DNA of 15,395 nucleotides from an archaeon (GTDB lineage Archaea; Iainarchaeota; Iainarchaeia; Iainarchaeales; 0-14-0-20-34-12): NCBI GenBank assembly GCA_038046645.1, contig JBBSVU010000003.1, positions 1 to 15,395 of the forward strand, read 5' to 3'. Shown piece by piece: positions 15,381 to 15,395 of this stretch (position 1 is its first letter; each line of letters starts with the position of its first letter). The notes under the pieces were generated by a model. It saw only the letters and a program-made list of their open reading frames with translations, ran no database searches and was not told where the DNA came from. The position numbers and the translations under genes were made by a program.

Positions 15381-15395
15381 ACAAGCAAAGCTTGG

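Overview
AT-rich archaeal chromosomal segment. Evidence for Archaea: a CDC48/VAT ATPase, TTTAAA(A/T)A TATA boxes about 30 nt before leaderless starts, GGTGA Shine-Dalgarno motifs and an S-layer-like glycoprotein. A DPANN lineage such as Iainarchaeota/Diapherotrites is my inference and is unverified. Recognisable genes: NDP-sugar nucleotidyltransferase, purine phosphoribosyltransferase, AAA_14/DUF4143 ATPase, MTA phosphorylase, D-2-hydroxyacid dehydrogenase, tryptophanase, hsp20-cdc48 operon, Yip1-like membrane protein and S-layer-like protein. Main observations: (1) an orphan protein with about 9 tandem 40-aa helical repeats whose last repeat is broken by a +1 homopolymer frameshift; (2) three orphan, apparently leaderless genes with their own TATA boxes and Lys/Arg-rich N-termini; (3) a perfect 15-nt hairpin-plus-mirror (intrastrand triplex) element before the S-layer-like gene; (4) a TCTAA-N5-TTAGA palindrome upstream of both hsp20 and the PRTase gene; (5) tryptophanase next to a 2-hydroxyacid dehydrogenase. 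No tRNA, rRNA, CRISPR array or intact transposase was seen.
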